This document shows positions 38,801 to 46,582 of a stretch of 64,000 nt of DNA, in pieces. How positions within the stretch are numbered: the first letter of the stretch is position 1; each line of letters starts with the position of its first letter. The stretch is from a virus. The translations under genes were made by a program, and so were the position numbers. The stretch lies in the IMG/VR virus record IMGVR_UViG_3300027749_000062, positions 40,242 through 104,241 of that record; one strand, 5' to 3'. The notes beneath the pieces were generated by a model. It made no database searches, was not told the origin of the DNA, and saw only the letters and a program-made list of their open reading frames with translations.

Positions 38801-40804
38801 ATGGACTACAGTAAAGCAAAAAAAATAAGAAGCCAGAGCCTCAAAGATTTAATCATAGACAGAACCTTAAATGGGGAGGGCTTTGGTAAATCTATTTCCA
38901 GTTCCATAAAAGATAAAACTAAAGCTAAACTAACAGGCCTCAAAGAGAAATTTGATCCAATGAATATCTCCCGTGCAGTTGGAGGAAGATTAGGTGCATA
39001 TGCATATGGTAAACTTGCAGGTAGAAGTGATAAAGATATGGCTTACTTTGCAGGTGTAAAAAACAAAAAATCATCAGCTGACGCATCAGCTCTTACACCA
39101 GTTAAGAATGATCCTCTAGTTTCAAAAGTATCCGACGGTGAAAATAGACCAATCAGAAAAGGTGAAGGTCTTTCCACTATTATGGCTCGTATTTTCAATT
39201 TGTTAAAAAGACAAATTTTAGAAGAAAAGAAAGAGAGAGAAATTGCTGCGGATTTTGAAGAAGAACAGGAAGATGAGAGAGAATTAAGACATAAAGAATT
39301 ACTTGATGCTCTAAAAAATTTAGGTGGTGGAACTGCAACTGCTGAAAAAAAAGGTAAAGGTTTTCTTGAAAGGATGATTGAAATAGTCAAAAAAATATTG
39401 GCCGCAGTATTTTTAAAACTTAAACCATTACTGACTGTTTTGAAATCAATAATAAAAGCAATTGCTTTAAATAAAGATTTATCAACCTTACGAAGTATTG
39501 CATCATTAGCTATGGCGTTTCCGGGTGTTGCCTTGGTCGCAGGTGGGGCTGCTGCTGCAGTTGTAATATCCAGAGATGTTGAACAACGCCAAGAAGCTAT
39601 GAGAGCTGATCCTTATAATCCTAAATTTAAAGATGAACCTTATGCAATGATTCAAAGGGGTGAAGCTTCCAACAACAGTGAAGCTGGAGCATTAAACGCA
39701 CAAAAAATAGGAAAACAAAAACCTAGAGATATAGTCGAATCAATAATGACCAATCCTGATTTTACTGATGTGGTAAAAAAGCAAGAGTTATCTGTTCAAA
39801 ATTTACAACAAGTAACGGACTGGTTAGCAAAAACTCAAGGTAATCAGAGAGCTAAATTTCAAGGTGAAGTTACAAATAAAGCTGGAAAATTAGTTACTCT
39901 TTCAGGTGGTACAGATGAAAATTTAGTTGTTCCGGCCACTAATCCAAAAAGTGCAAAATATGTTGCTCCAGCGCAGGCGGCACCACAAGTTATTGATGTA
40001 AAAGGTGCTGGTGAAAATATTATACCTGCAGATAATGTTGGACTAGACGGCCGACCATTAACTCCAGCTCCAGCACCAGCAGCTGCTCCAGCACCAGCAG
40101 CTGCTCCAGCACCAGCAGCTGCTCCAGCGCCAGCAGTTGCTCCAGCGCCAGCAGTTGCTCCAGCGCCAGCAGTTGCTCCAGCGCCAGCAGCACCAGCAGT
40201 GCAAGCGGCCGATGTAAAATCAGCAGTAAAAGTAGAAGAATCAGCACCAAAACCGGAAGCTGCAACTGCTGTACCTGCTAGTAAACCTTACAGAGAAATT
40301 GCAAAAAATATAAGAGTAGATTCTACAATATCCGATGAAACAATTTCTAACATGAAAGAATCACCTGGAAATTTCAATTTTCTTGATTCGGATGAAATGT
40401 GGACAAGAAATAAAAACGGAAATCTCGGTATTATAAAAATTCCAAAACAAGATATAATAAAAAGTAGCAATTTTTCTAAAGAAGAAATGGAAAGGCAAAC
40501 AAAAGAAACAAAAGAAAGAATAATAGATGGTGCAAAAAATATGAAGTTGGATTCTGATAAAAAATCTTCACTAGAAACAAGTGACAACATGTTTGCTCAA
40601 ATGTTTCAAAGAGCTCAAAAAGTTTATGAAGATTTAATGTTAGCTAGTGATAGTACAAAATTTAAACCTACTATAATAGATGCAAGTAAGAGTGTTGCAA
40701 CTTCTGGTGGCGGTAATTCTGGCACCATTTTTTCAGCTCCTGTTCGTACAGATGATGATACTCTAAAACTTATACTGAAAAAAAATACTCACTCATTTGC
40801 ATAA
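38801..40804 (+). CDS. Second tape-measure-like virion protein
   Basis: KEKFDP.NI motif; shares RKG(D/E)G...RH.E...AL segment with the previous gene. Confidence 0.6.
   Translation: MDYSKAKKIRSQSLKDLIIDRTLNGEGFGKSISSSIKDKTKAKLTGLKEKFDPMNISRAVGGRLGAYAYGKLAGRSDKDMAYFAGVKNKKSSADASALTPVKNDPLVSKVSDGENRPIRKGEGLSTIMARIFNLLKRQILEEKKEREIAADFEEEQEDERELRHKELLDALKNLGGGTATAEKKGKGFLERMIEIVKKILAAVFLKLKPLLTVLKSIIKAIALNKDLSTLRSIASLAMAFPGVALVAGGAAAAVVISRDVEQRQEAMRADPYNPKFKDEPYAMIQRGEASNNSEAGALNAQKIGKQKPRDIVESIMTNPDFTDVVKKQELSVQNLQQVTDWLAKTQGNQRAKFQGEVTNKAGKLVTLSGGTDENLVVPATNPKSAKYVAPAQAAPQVIDVKGAGENIIPADNVGLDGRPLTPAPAPAAAPAPAAAPAPAAAPAPAVAPAPAVAPAPAVAPAPAAPAVQAADVKSAVKVEESAPKPEAATAVPASKPYREIAKNIRVDSTISDETISNMKESPGNFNFLDSDEMWTRNKNGNLGIIKIPKQDIIKSSNFSKEEMERQTKETKERIIDGAKNMKLDSDKKSSLETSDNMFAQMFQRAQKVYEDLMLASDSTKFKPTIIDASKSVATSGGGNSGTIFSAPVRTDDDTLKLILKKNTHSFA
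40064..40199 (+). repeat. 18-bp tandem repeat, about 6 units (PA(A/V)APA)
   Basis: CCAGCAG(C/T)TGCTCCAGC(A/G) units. Confidence 0.92.
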
Positions 40805-40806
40805 TA

Positions 40807-40830
40807 AAAAACCCCGCACTAGGCGGGGTA
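40807..40830. terminator. Intrinsic terminator between convergent genes
   Basis: AAAAACCCCGC-ACTAG-GCGGGGT hairpin; U-tract on minus strand after gp32. Confidence 0.8.
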
Positions 40831-40854
40831 TCAAGTTCCATGAAAGATAGAAGT

Positions 40855-41742
40855 TTAGTCTTCTTCAGCCAACTTTGAGAAGTAAGCCATATCGTCATCA
40901 TCACCAGATAATGACAATTCAGGTTCAGCAGCCTTAGGTTTAAATGCCTCAGGTGTTGCCTTCATTTGTTCAACAGTAGTCTTAGGTTTAATAGTCTCAC
41001 CCAAACCAAGAACACGAGTCAAACGAGTCAATAGTTCTTCATATGTCTTGAATTCTTTATCGGCAGTCATCTCTTTCAAAGAGTGTTCTGATTTCCAGAT
41101 TTTTTCAAGCTTTGCATCATCCGTAGACAATGGTGCAGGAGATTCAAATTCAGACTTGTCATAGTTTTGGTATCCCTCAACTTTACGAATCTTCAACTTG
41201 AAGTTAGCACCAGCCCACAGGTCGAACGGATTGATTGCCTTTTCATCAGCAAACTGTGGGTTCATTGCTTCAGTAATCTTATCAAAGATTTTTTTACCAA
41301 AACGGAACAATTTGATTTGTCCTTCGTTCTCAGGATGTTTTGGATCCGAAACGATATAAACATTTGCAATGTAGTTCAGTTTACGTTTCTGTTTGCGTAC
41401 AATCTCTTTATTGGCTTCGATACCAGAATTCCACAATGAAGAATTGTGTTCACACACAGGACATTGTTGGTTCTTGGTTGTCAAGCAGTTGTCAATAAGC
41501 CAACCACCAGGACCTTGAAATCCGTGTGAGAATAGTTTGACCCACGGAAGTGCGTCATCACCATCTACAGCCGGAGCTGGAAGAAAACGGAGAACAGCCA
41601 TGCCGTTGCCGGCTTTGTCTACTTCAGGTTTCCAATAATTGTCTTTGTTGTCAGAACCCTCTGAGGTGTTTAAAGCTTCGATAGCTTTAGAGAGTTTGTC
41701 AAGATTGCCCGAAGAGCGTTTAAGATTTGCGAAATCTACCAT
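40855..41742 (-). CDS. gp32: Single-stranded DNA-binding protein gp32
   Basis: DKAGNG.AV.RFLPAP, HGFQGPGGW.I.NC.TT...CPVC, GKKIFDKI, NYDKSEF, acidic tail. Confidence 0.97.
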   Translation of the reverse strand: MVDFANLKRSSGNLDKLSKAIEALNTSEGSDNKDNYWKPEVDKAGNGMAVLRFLPAPAVDGDDALPWVKLFSHGFQGPGGWLIDNCLTTKNQQCPVCEHNSSLWNSGIEANKEIVRKQKRKLNYIANVYIVSDPKHPENEGQIKLFRFGKKIFDKITEAMNPQFADEKAINPFDLWAGANFKLKIRKVEGYQNYDKSEFESPAPLSTDDAKLEKIWKSEHSLKEMTADKEFKTYEELLTRLTRVLGLGETIKPKTTVEQMKATPEAFKPKAAEPELSLSGDDDDMAYFSKLAEED

Positions 41743-41811
41743 GATTTTTCCTTTATATAACGGAGTGTAAAAAATAAAAACGGATTATCCACTTTATGCA
41801 TAATAAAACTT

Positions 41812-41840
41812 ACTATAACACAGGCCGAAGCCTGTGTCAA
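41812..41840 (-). promoter_or_regulatory. Sigma70 promoter for gp32 with overlapping C(UUCG)G hairpin
   Basis: TTGACA-N17-TATAGT; ACACAGGC-TTCG-GCCTGTGT spans the spacer. Confidence 0.8.
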
Positions 41841-41861
41841 TACTTATAACGGTATATTTGA

Positions 41862-42290
41862 TTACATATTTCTTTTGATATTGGTTTTTAAACCTTGAAT
41901 GGAGGTTTTATTTGCCATACCAGATTTTGTAACAGCTGCTGGTTTTCTGTTTGCTAGTTTGTCGTAACCTTGTGTGTGGTTGTCTCTTGGGAAATGCATC
42001 TTACCTGCGCCAGATTCTAAATCTTTTGCAAATTTATCTCCGTGGACTTTTTTAGCACGAGCAACAACTTTATCGGAATCTCCTGAGCCTTCAGGATCAG
42101 TAGCGTTTCTCATTGCACTAACATATGCGGCTTTAGGAAGTGCTTCTACAACTTGGCGAATTTCTTCGTAAACAGCAATAAGTTGCTGAATATTATCTTC
42201 GTCATACTGATAGGATTCAGTAACCAATTGTTCCCAATCTTCCTTGATAAGACCAGCGCGTTCTAACCAGATTTGATGTTGTATAGACAT
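41862..42290 (-). CDS. Hypothetical late protein
   Basis: RBS AAGGGG, TATAAATA upstream; acidic N-half, basic C-half. Confidence 0.55.
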   Translation of the reverse strand: MSIQHQIWLERAGLIKEDWEQLVTESYQYDEDNIQQLIAVYEEIRQVVEALPKAAYVSAMRNATDPEGSGDSDKVVARAKKVHGDKFAKDLESGAGKMHFPRDNHTQGYDKLANRKPAAVTKSGMANKTSIQGLKTNIKRNM

Positions 42291-42326
42291 TTTTTCCCCT
42301 TTATTAAGTAATTTGACCAACTCGGT

Positions 42327-42334
42327 ATATTTAT
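42327..42334 (-). promoter_or_regulatory. T4-type late promoter
   Basis: TATAAATA; variant (A/C)ATAAATA also precedes genes near 2935, 7648, 8428, 20285, 27590, 33705, and CTAAATA on + at 34143. Confidence 0.7.
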
Positions 42335-42352
42335 ATACCGCCAGTTTTATAT

Positions 42353-42844
42353 TTAGTCATCCAATAAAGTGTCTAATGAAGCAATAGTAGATGCAGCATC
42401 CGTGTGATGGATTGCTGTACCGCGTGCCTCAACCCAGTCAATGATAACAGAAAATGTGTCATCAATGATAATGGATTCTGGTGACGCAAAGGTATACTTC
42501 AAGCTTTTACCTGGTACAAAATTGCGTGGATAGTTGATACCATGAGAAATCAACCATTTTGTTTTCTGGTCTGAAATATCCTCATGCGAATCTTGCCTTG
42601 CTGTAGAAGAAAGAATCTCTACAGGAATATCTAATGTGTTCAAGTGATCCAATAACATCCTTGCATCTGGCATCATATCAAGGCTTGCAAATTGTTTAGT
42701 CTCAATAAAGGTGTTGAAGTAAGGACCAAAATTACGGTTCCTGTCAGCTTGTTCAGGTGTAATATGAAACATTTCTTTGTATCTCTTGGCAAAATCAGCA
42801 ATCACGCCGTCCATGTCCAAATAGATTTTTGTAAACTTACTCAT
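42353..42844 (-). CDS. HAD-family 5'(3')-deoxyribonucleotidase-like protein
   Basis: IYLDMDGVIADF, ILSS, K..W, IIDD. Confidence 0.85.
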   Translation of the reverse strand: MSKFTKIYLDMDGVIADFAKRYKEMFHITPEQADRNRNFGPYFNTFIETKQFASLDMMPDARMLLDHLNTLDIPVEILSSTARQDSHEDISDQKTKWLISHGINYPRNFVPGKSLKYTFASPESIIIDDTFSVIIDWVEARGTAIHHTDAASTIASLDTLLDD

Positions 42845-43442
42845 TTGTAATTGCCTCTTTTAAAATATTCTTAAACTTAACTTTATCGTATGTAATAAAT
42901 GGTGCATACTTTTCACACTTCAATTTCCAGGACGGCCAGATAATGTCATCACTAATCTTTTTGTCCCACATGGAAAAGAAGTTCATCATATCATTCAGTA
43001 TCACCAATGTTTCAATCGATATTGAATTCTGCATTGCACCAACTAGTAAGTCAGGATACTCACCAGGCCTTACCTTCATCAATTCATCAGGACTATTTAC
43101 CTGTTCTAAGATGCGTACTATATCAGATTCAAAATTATATGTCAAGCTCTGAGAAATCTTTTGCCACTTCTTATATACATCTTCACCATTTGGTCCAGTC
43201 ATTTCACCAACCCAAGTTGAGTCGCCGTATACAAAATTGGCCACATAGAAGTTCCTGAGTTCATCCAACGAGTATTTGCGTGATAACTTGTAGAAGCTAT
43301 ATTTATCTTTGCGCTTCAGGAAGGTATCTTTGCTCACATTAGTTTTTCCATGATACTTAAAGAAATCATAGGAAGACGAGGTGAAATGTAACTTCAAAGC
43401 ATTATATAACGCAAAGGCTGCAAAGCCTGTACCTTCATTCAT
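42837..43442 (-). CDS. gp59: Helicase loader gp59
   Basis: Y.ALKLHFT...YD.FKY.GK, F.KRKDKY.F.KL, IS.ETL.IL. Confidence 0.9.
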   Translation of the reverse strand: MNEGTGFAAFALYNALKLHFTSSSYDFFKYHGKTNVSKDTFLKRKDKYSFYKLSRKYSLDELRNFYVANFVYGDSTWVGEMTGPNGEDVYKKWQKISQSLTYNFESDIVRILEQVNSPDELMKVRPGEYPDLLVGAMQNSISIETLVILNDMMNFFSMWDKKISDDIIWPSWKLKCEKYAPFITYDKVKFKNILKEAITNE

Positions 43443-43660
43443 AGTGGCAGTTTTGCGGCCTTCTTGATTAGATTTACTGACTGTGCTTCTTCACGAATAC
43501 GAGCCTTTAGAAATGAAGAAACCAATGTTGCTGCAACTTCTACCTCGATGCCTGTTTCATCACAATATTGGATAATGACATCCATACAAGGCTGACCTTG
43601 CTCATCAGCCATCTCCAATATTTTAGTAGAGAAATCGGATATTTCTTCTCTAGTTGCCAT
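43439..43660 (-). CDS. gp33: Late transcription coactivator gp33
   Basis: F...I, D.I..YC...IE.E..A.L....LK..I..EA...N, LPL; adjacent to gp59. Confidence 0.85.
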   Translation of the reverse strand: MATREEISDFSTKILEMADEQGQPCMDVIIQYCDETGIEVEVAATLVSSFLKARIREEAQSVNLIKKAAKLPL

Positions 43661-43875
43661 TATCGTTTACCTAGTGCAAATGTGATGCAGGTTGCAGTAG
43701 GTAATTGTTCATAAGCACACTTCACGGAAAGTGGATCAACGCCTTTTGAGATTGCTGATTCCATATTCTTTGCAAAGTTATTGCGTTCATTTAATTGGTA
43801 AATGGTTACAGCTGCAATAGTAGAACCAATTAAAATGGTCACACAAACAATATATGTCATTAATTCTTTATTCAT
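43660..43875 (-). CDS. Small membrane protein
   Basis: One N-terminal TM helix, KG.DP..V.CA; start at 43875 after AGGAG. Confidence 0.6.
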   Translation of the reverse strand: MNKELMTYIVCVTILIGSTIAAVTIYQLNERNNFAKNMESAISKGVDPLSVKCAYEQLPTATCITFALGKR

Positions 43876-44419
43876 AAAAACTCCTATTTCTGTCAATATT
43901 ATCCACACGGCTTCTATAGAAAATGTGATGACCTATTTTCTTCACTTTTTCCAATTTCCATTGTGGATTTACATAGTCGGCATGATAGTATGTTGCACCT
44001 TGTGTAACATCTTCCTTGAGGTCACGATTTAGAATCATATCCACGGCCAACTCACGAACTTCATTATACAACGAACTATCTCTAATTGTCAAGCGTTTAT
44101 CGGTAATGTTTTTATCACATAACCATGAAAACTGACAGGTTCCTCCCGTCTTCTGATGAACAACTCCGCAAATATCTTTACTGTAACCGGATTGAACACG
44201 ATTAATGGTAACAAAAGCAATAGCTTGTTTACCACTCAATGGTTCATGTCCAGCTTCAAAGTAAATGTTCTCTGCAAGGCATGTAACCTGCCTTTTTGTT
44301 GCCTCAGTGAGATCCCGATAATTAACTTTTAGAGGAATTCTATAATTAATGTTTATCGTAGCGAGGCAAAGAACTATTGCGGAAACTACTATGCTGAAAA
44401 GTATTGCTTTACTTCGCAT
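43868..44419 (-). CDS. SleB-like cell wall hydrolase (Hydrolase_2)
   Basis: CLA.NIYFEA..E, V..NRV, ICGVV.Q, QFSW, GA.YYHADYV.P.W, IG.HIFY; N-terminal signal anchor. Confidence 0.93.
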   Translation of the reverse strand: MRSKAILFSIVVSAIVLCLATININYRIPLKVNYRDLTEATKRQVTCLAENIYFEAGHEPLSGKQAIAFVTINRVQSGYSKDICGVVHQKTGGTCQFSWLCDKNITDKRLTIRDSSLYNEVRELAVDMILNRDLKEDVTQGATYYHADYVNPQWKLEKVKKIGHHIFYRSRVDNIDRNRSFYE

Positions 44420-44432
44420 GGGTTTCCTTTCG

Positions 44433-44479
44433 AAAAAATGATAGGTTATTGGACGGGACTACCGTCAGAGATAACCTAT
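44433..44479 (-). terminator. Long hairpin plus U-tract between OMP and hydrolase genes
   Basis: ATAGGTTAT..GACGG-TAGTC-CCGTC..ATAACCTAT-CA-TTTTTT. Confidence 0.55.
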
Positions 44480-44494
44480 TAAACTCTTTTTAGT

Positions 44495-44938
44495 TTAGAA
44501 ACTAAATTTAACGCCAGCAGTAATACGGCTACCGTTTTCTGCAACAACCCGGTCTTGACCAGCTTGGTAACTGTAATCAAGTCCTGCTGTAACTGACTTG
44601 GTAATTGGCATACGAGCACCAATACCAGCAGAAGCGGCATAACCATCATAAGCTGAACCTGATTGGCTATCGATAAAAAGAAGACCAAATTTAGCATCAA
44701 TTGATACAGGTCCCATTTTTGATACCTCTACACTATTAACCAAACTGTAAGAGTCAGCGGATGTAGAACGATTGAATCCTGCGGTTAGGTTATAACCATG
44801 TACGGTTTCACCAACTGATACACCCCAAACATTTTGTGTTGAGCTAAGATTGGTGCCATCATTGATACCAACTTCTAAAGCCTGTGCGCTTGCAAATACA
44901 CCCATAAGGGATGCGATAAGTACGAGTTTTTTAATCAA
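44495..44938 (-). CDS. Small outer-membrane beta-barrel protein (OmpA-TM/Ail/Lom-like)
   Basis: Signal peptide ending AQA, alternating beta strands, C-terminal G.K.xF; TTG start after AGGAG. Confidence 0.8.
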   Translation of the reverse strand: MIKKLVLIASLMGVFASAQALEVGINDGTNLSSTQNVWGVSVGETVHGYNLTAGFNRSTSADSYSLVNSVEVSKMGPVSIDAKFGLLFIDSQSGSAYDGYAASAGIGARMPITKSVTAGLDYSYQAGQDRVVAENGSRITAGVKFSF

Positions 44939-44962
44939 AATTTTCTCCTATTGTTGAACAAA

Positions 44963-45272
44963 TTGCCGACTGATTGGATAATAAGGACAGTCGGCGAAAC
45001 CTCAGCTTAGCTTAAGCAGCTAGGCGATATGCGGAGTCGTTTGCATTTACGTTTTTTGCTTGATTAACGGTCATCGCCTACCGTGCTGTCCACTCTGTTA
45101 CTTGTTGCCCTGTCGAAACTATGCACCCCCATCAAAAACGCACCAAAGGACTTGAACCTTATTTCTAGAATAGTACCATACAACCAGAGCGACTGGCAGA
45201 TGCGTTTTTGGTGGAGGTGGGGGGATTCGCACCCCCGTCCAGAACACTTTTCTCTTTGCTTCATACAGCAAT
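44963..45272 (-). ncRNA. ssrA: Circularly permuted (two-piece) tmRNA, tag ANDSAYRLAA
   Basis: Acceptor piece ends GGGGG-TGCGAAT-CCCCC-CACCTCC-A-CCA at 45209; coding piece starts GGGGGTG...TTCGAC at 45130; G3.U70 pair; tag frame 45044-45012; outer ends approximate. Confidence 0.95.
45138..45205 (-). ncRNA. tRNA-like element inside the tmRNA intervening segment
   Basis: 7-bp stem ACGCATC/GGTGCGT, D-like arm CCAG/CTGG, T arm AAGG-TTCAAGT-CCTT; anticodon arm poorly paired; no CCA. Confidence 0.5.
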
Positions 45273-45277
45273 AAAAT

Positions 45278-45368
45278 ACACACTTAGGGAGATTCTCACT
45301 CCCGTACCCACAAAGTGGGAACTTAGTCTAATTGCACAGCTGAGCCATGTCCCAGTTCATAAGTGTGT
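45278..45368 (-). ncRNA. tRNA-like structured RNA upstream of tmRNA
   Basis: 9-bp stem ACACACTTA/TAAGTGTGT, arms CTGGG/CTCAG and CCCAC/GTGGG, T-like arm GGGAG-TGAGAAT-CTCCC. Confidence 0.55.
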
Positions 45369-45377
45369 TAATTATAT

Positions 45378-45406
45378 ATTGTATCACAGGATTAGAGACT
45401 TGTCAA
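45378..45406 (-). promoter_or_regulatory. Sigma70 promoter for the RNA locus
   Basis: TTGACA-N17-TACAAT; predicted +1 near 45371. Confidence 0.85.
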
Positions 45407-45418
45407 GCCTCTCATAAT

Positions 45419-45691
45419 TTAAGTGTTTTCGAATATATTTACAAAAACTGTTCCGTCTTCCAGTGCTTCTATTTCATGCCATTCGTTTGCTGCAAGATTA
45501 ATTGGTTTTGAAAACTTATTGATAATTTTTTCACGACCTTCTTTGCGTAGGATGCAACTACCTGCATTGCATATTGTAGCGTGAGCGAATGTGTGTTCAT
45601 GTTTTGGTAATCCTTCATTCATGTTGGCGTGGTAAACATTGAAAGATGCGCCGGCATAATCAAATTGATGAATAGGATTAACAACAATCAT
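45419..45691 (-). CDS. Cupin-fold protein
   Basis: LP.H.H...H.T....G and WHEIEALEDGT.F.N motifs. Confidence 0.8.
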   Translation of the reverse strand: MIVVNPIHQFDYAGASFNVYHANMNEGLPKHEHTFAHATICNAGSCILRKEGREKIINKFSKPINLAANEWHEIEALEDGTVFVNIFENT

Positions 45692-45909
45692 AAATCTTCT
45701 AGACCTTGTATTACTGGACCTGTAGTAACAGGAGTTCTTTTAATTCTATTTTCAGAAGTATTAAAATACCACCAATCGGCCATAACATCATCTTCACATT
45801 CCAACCAATATGTTGGTTCTGCTGGTGTCCAAGATTTTGTATCACATACATCTGCAATTCGATAACCATTTTCTACAAGTTCGTTTGGACATACTAATGC
45901 ATATTTCAT
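45688..45909 (-). CDS. Small acidic fibre-associated protein
   Basis: K.AL..PNE...G.RIA.V....W..C.DDV.AD.W; follows Gly-rich gene. Confidence 0.5.
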   Translation of the reverse strand: MKYALVCPNELVENGYRIADVCDTKSWTPAEPTYWLECEDDVMADWWYFNTSENRIKRTPVTTGPVIQGLEDL

Positions 45910-45922
45910 TTAAATGCTCCTT

Positions 45923-46546
45923 TTAATACTCAATAATTACATAACCAGCTGTACCGGAATTATTAGGATAGTAACCTGTTCCAGCTTGACCAAGACCTCT
46001 ATCATCAACACTCAAATTAGTTAAAGAATAACCAGGAGTTGTAAAGCCTGTTGCTGTACCATTCGCAGCTGCGGCCGGTTGTGAAGGTGAAGTTCCGCCT
46101 GCAGCACCAGCACCGCCGCCGGTACATTGAATTGTGCTGATTGATTGTGTTCCAGAAGATATTGAAGAAGTAGTTCCAGCATTTCCAGGACTACCAGGAT
46201 TTCTACCGCTTTGGACGCCGAGGCCTCCGGCACCAGCTGTTCCAACAACTATAGTTAATGTTAAACCTGGTGTTAGTCCAGTAATCCATTGAATTCCCTG
46301 TGCTCCGTATCCACCATAACCTCCAATAACATCAATGTATCCACAACCTGAAGGATATCGTCCATTGCCACCGGCGCCGCCACCTCCACTAACTACCCTA
46401 GCTTTTAATGATGTAATTCCAGTGGGTATAGTAAATGTGCCGTTAGCACTAAAATATTGTGCTCGAGGTCCCACATAAGAAGAAGCAGTATTTTGTGTAC
46501 TATTATCTCCAAATGTTATTAAACCATTTCCTAATGATGTTGCCAT
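45923..46546 (-). CDS. Glycine-rich fibre tip/adhesin-like protein
   Basis: GTFTIP.G.T.LK..V..GGGG.GG, GLTPG....I.VG..G, ends G.VIIEY. Confidence 0.7.
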   Translation of the reverse strand: MATSLGNGLITFGDNSTQNTASSYVGPRAQYFSANGTFTIPTGITSLKARVVSGGGGAGGNGRYPSGCGYIDVIGGYGGYGAQGIQWITGLTPGLTLTIVVGTAGAGGLGVQSGRNPGSPGNAGTTSSISSGTQSISTIQCTGGGAGAAGGTSPSQPAAAANGTATGFTTPGYSLTNLSVDDRGLGQAGTGYYPNNSGTAGYVIIEY

Positions 46547-46574
46547 TGTTTTCCCCTTTTTTTTCTTACCACCT

Positions 46575-46582
46575 ATTTATAA
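46575..46582 (-). promoter_or_regulatory. T4-type late promoter
   Basis: TATAAATA overlapping exonuclease stop, upstream of Gly-rich gene (coordinates +/-1). Confidence 0.7.

Noticed and set aside
45012-45044. tmRNA tag ANDSAY resembles fibre repeat ANSAY
   Set aside because: AND start is standard for tags; likely coincidence
45138-45368. Functional tRNA genes
   Set aside because: Anticodon arms do not form and no CCA; called tRNA-like only
45064-45417. Track ORFs over the RNA locus
   Set aside because: Overlap tmRNA and structured elements; no RBS or protein motifs
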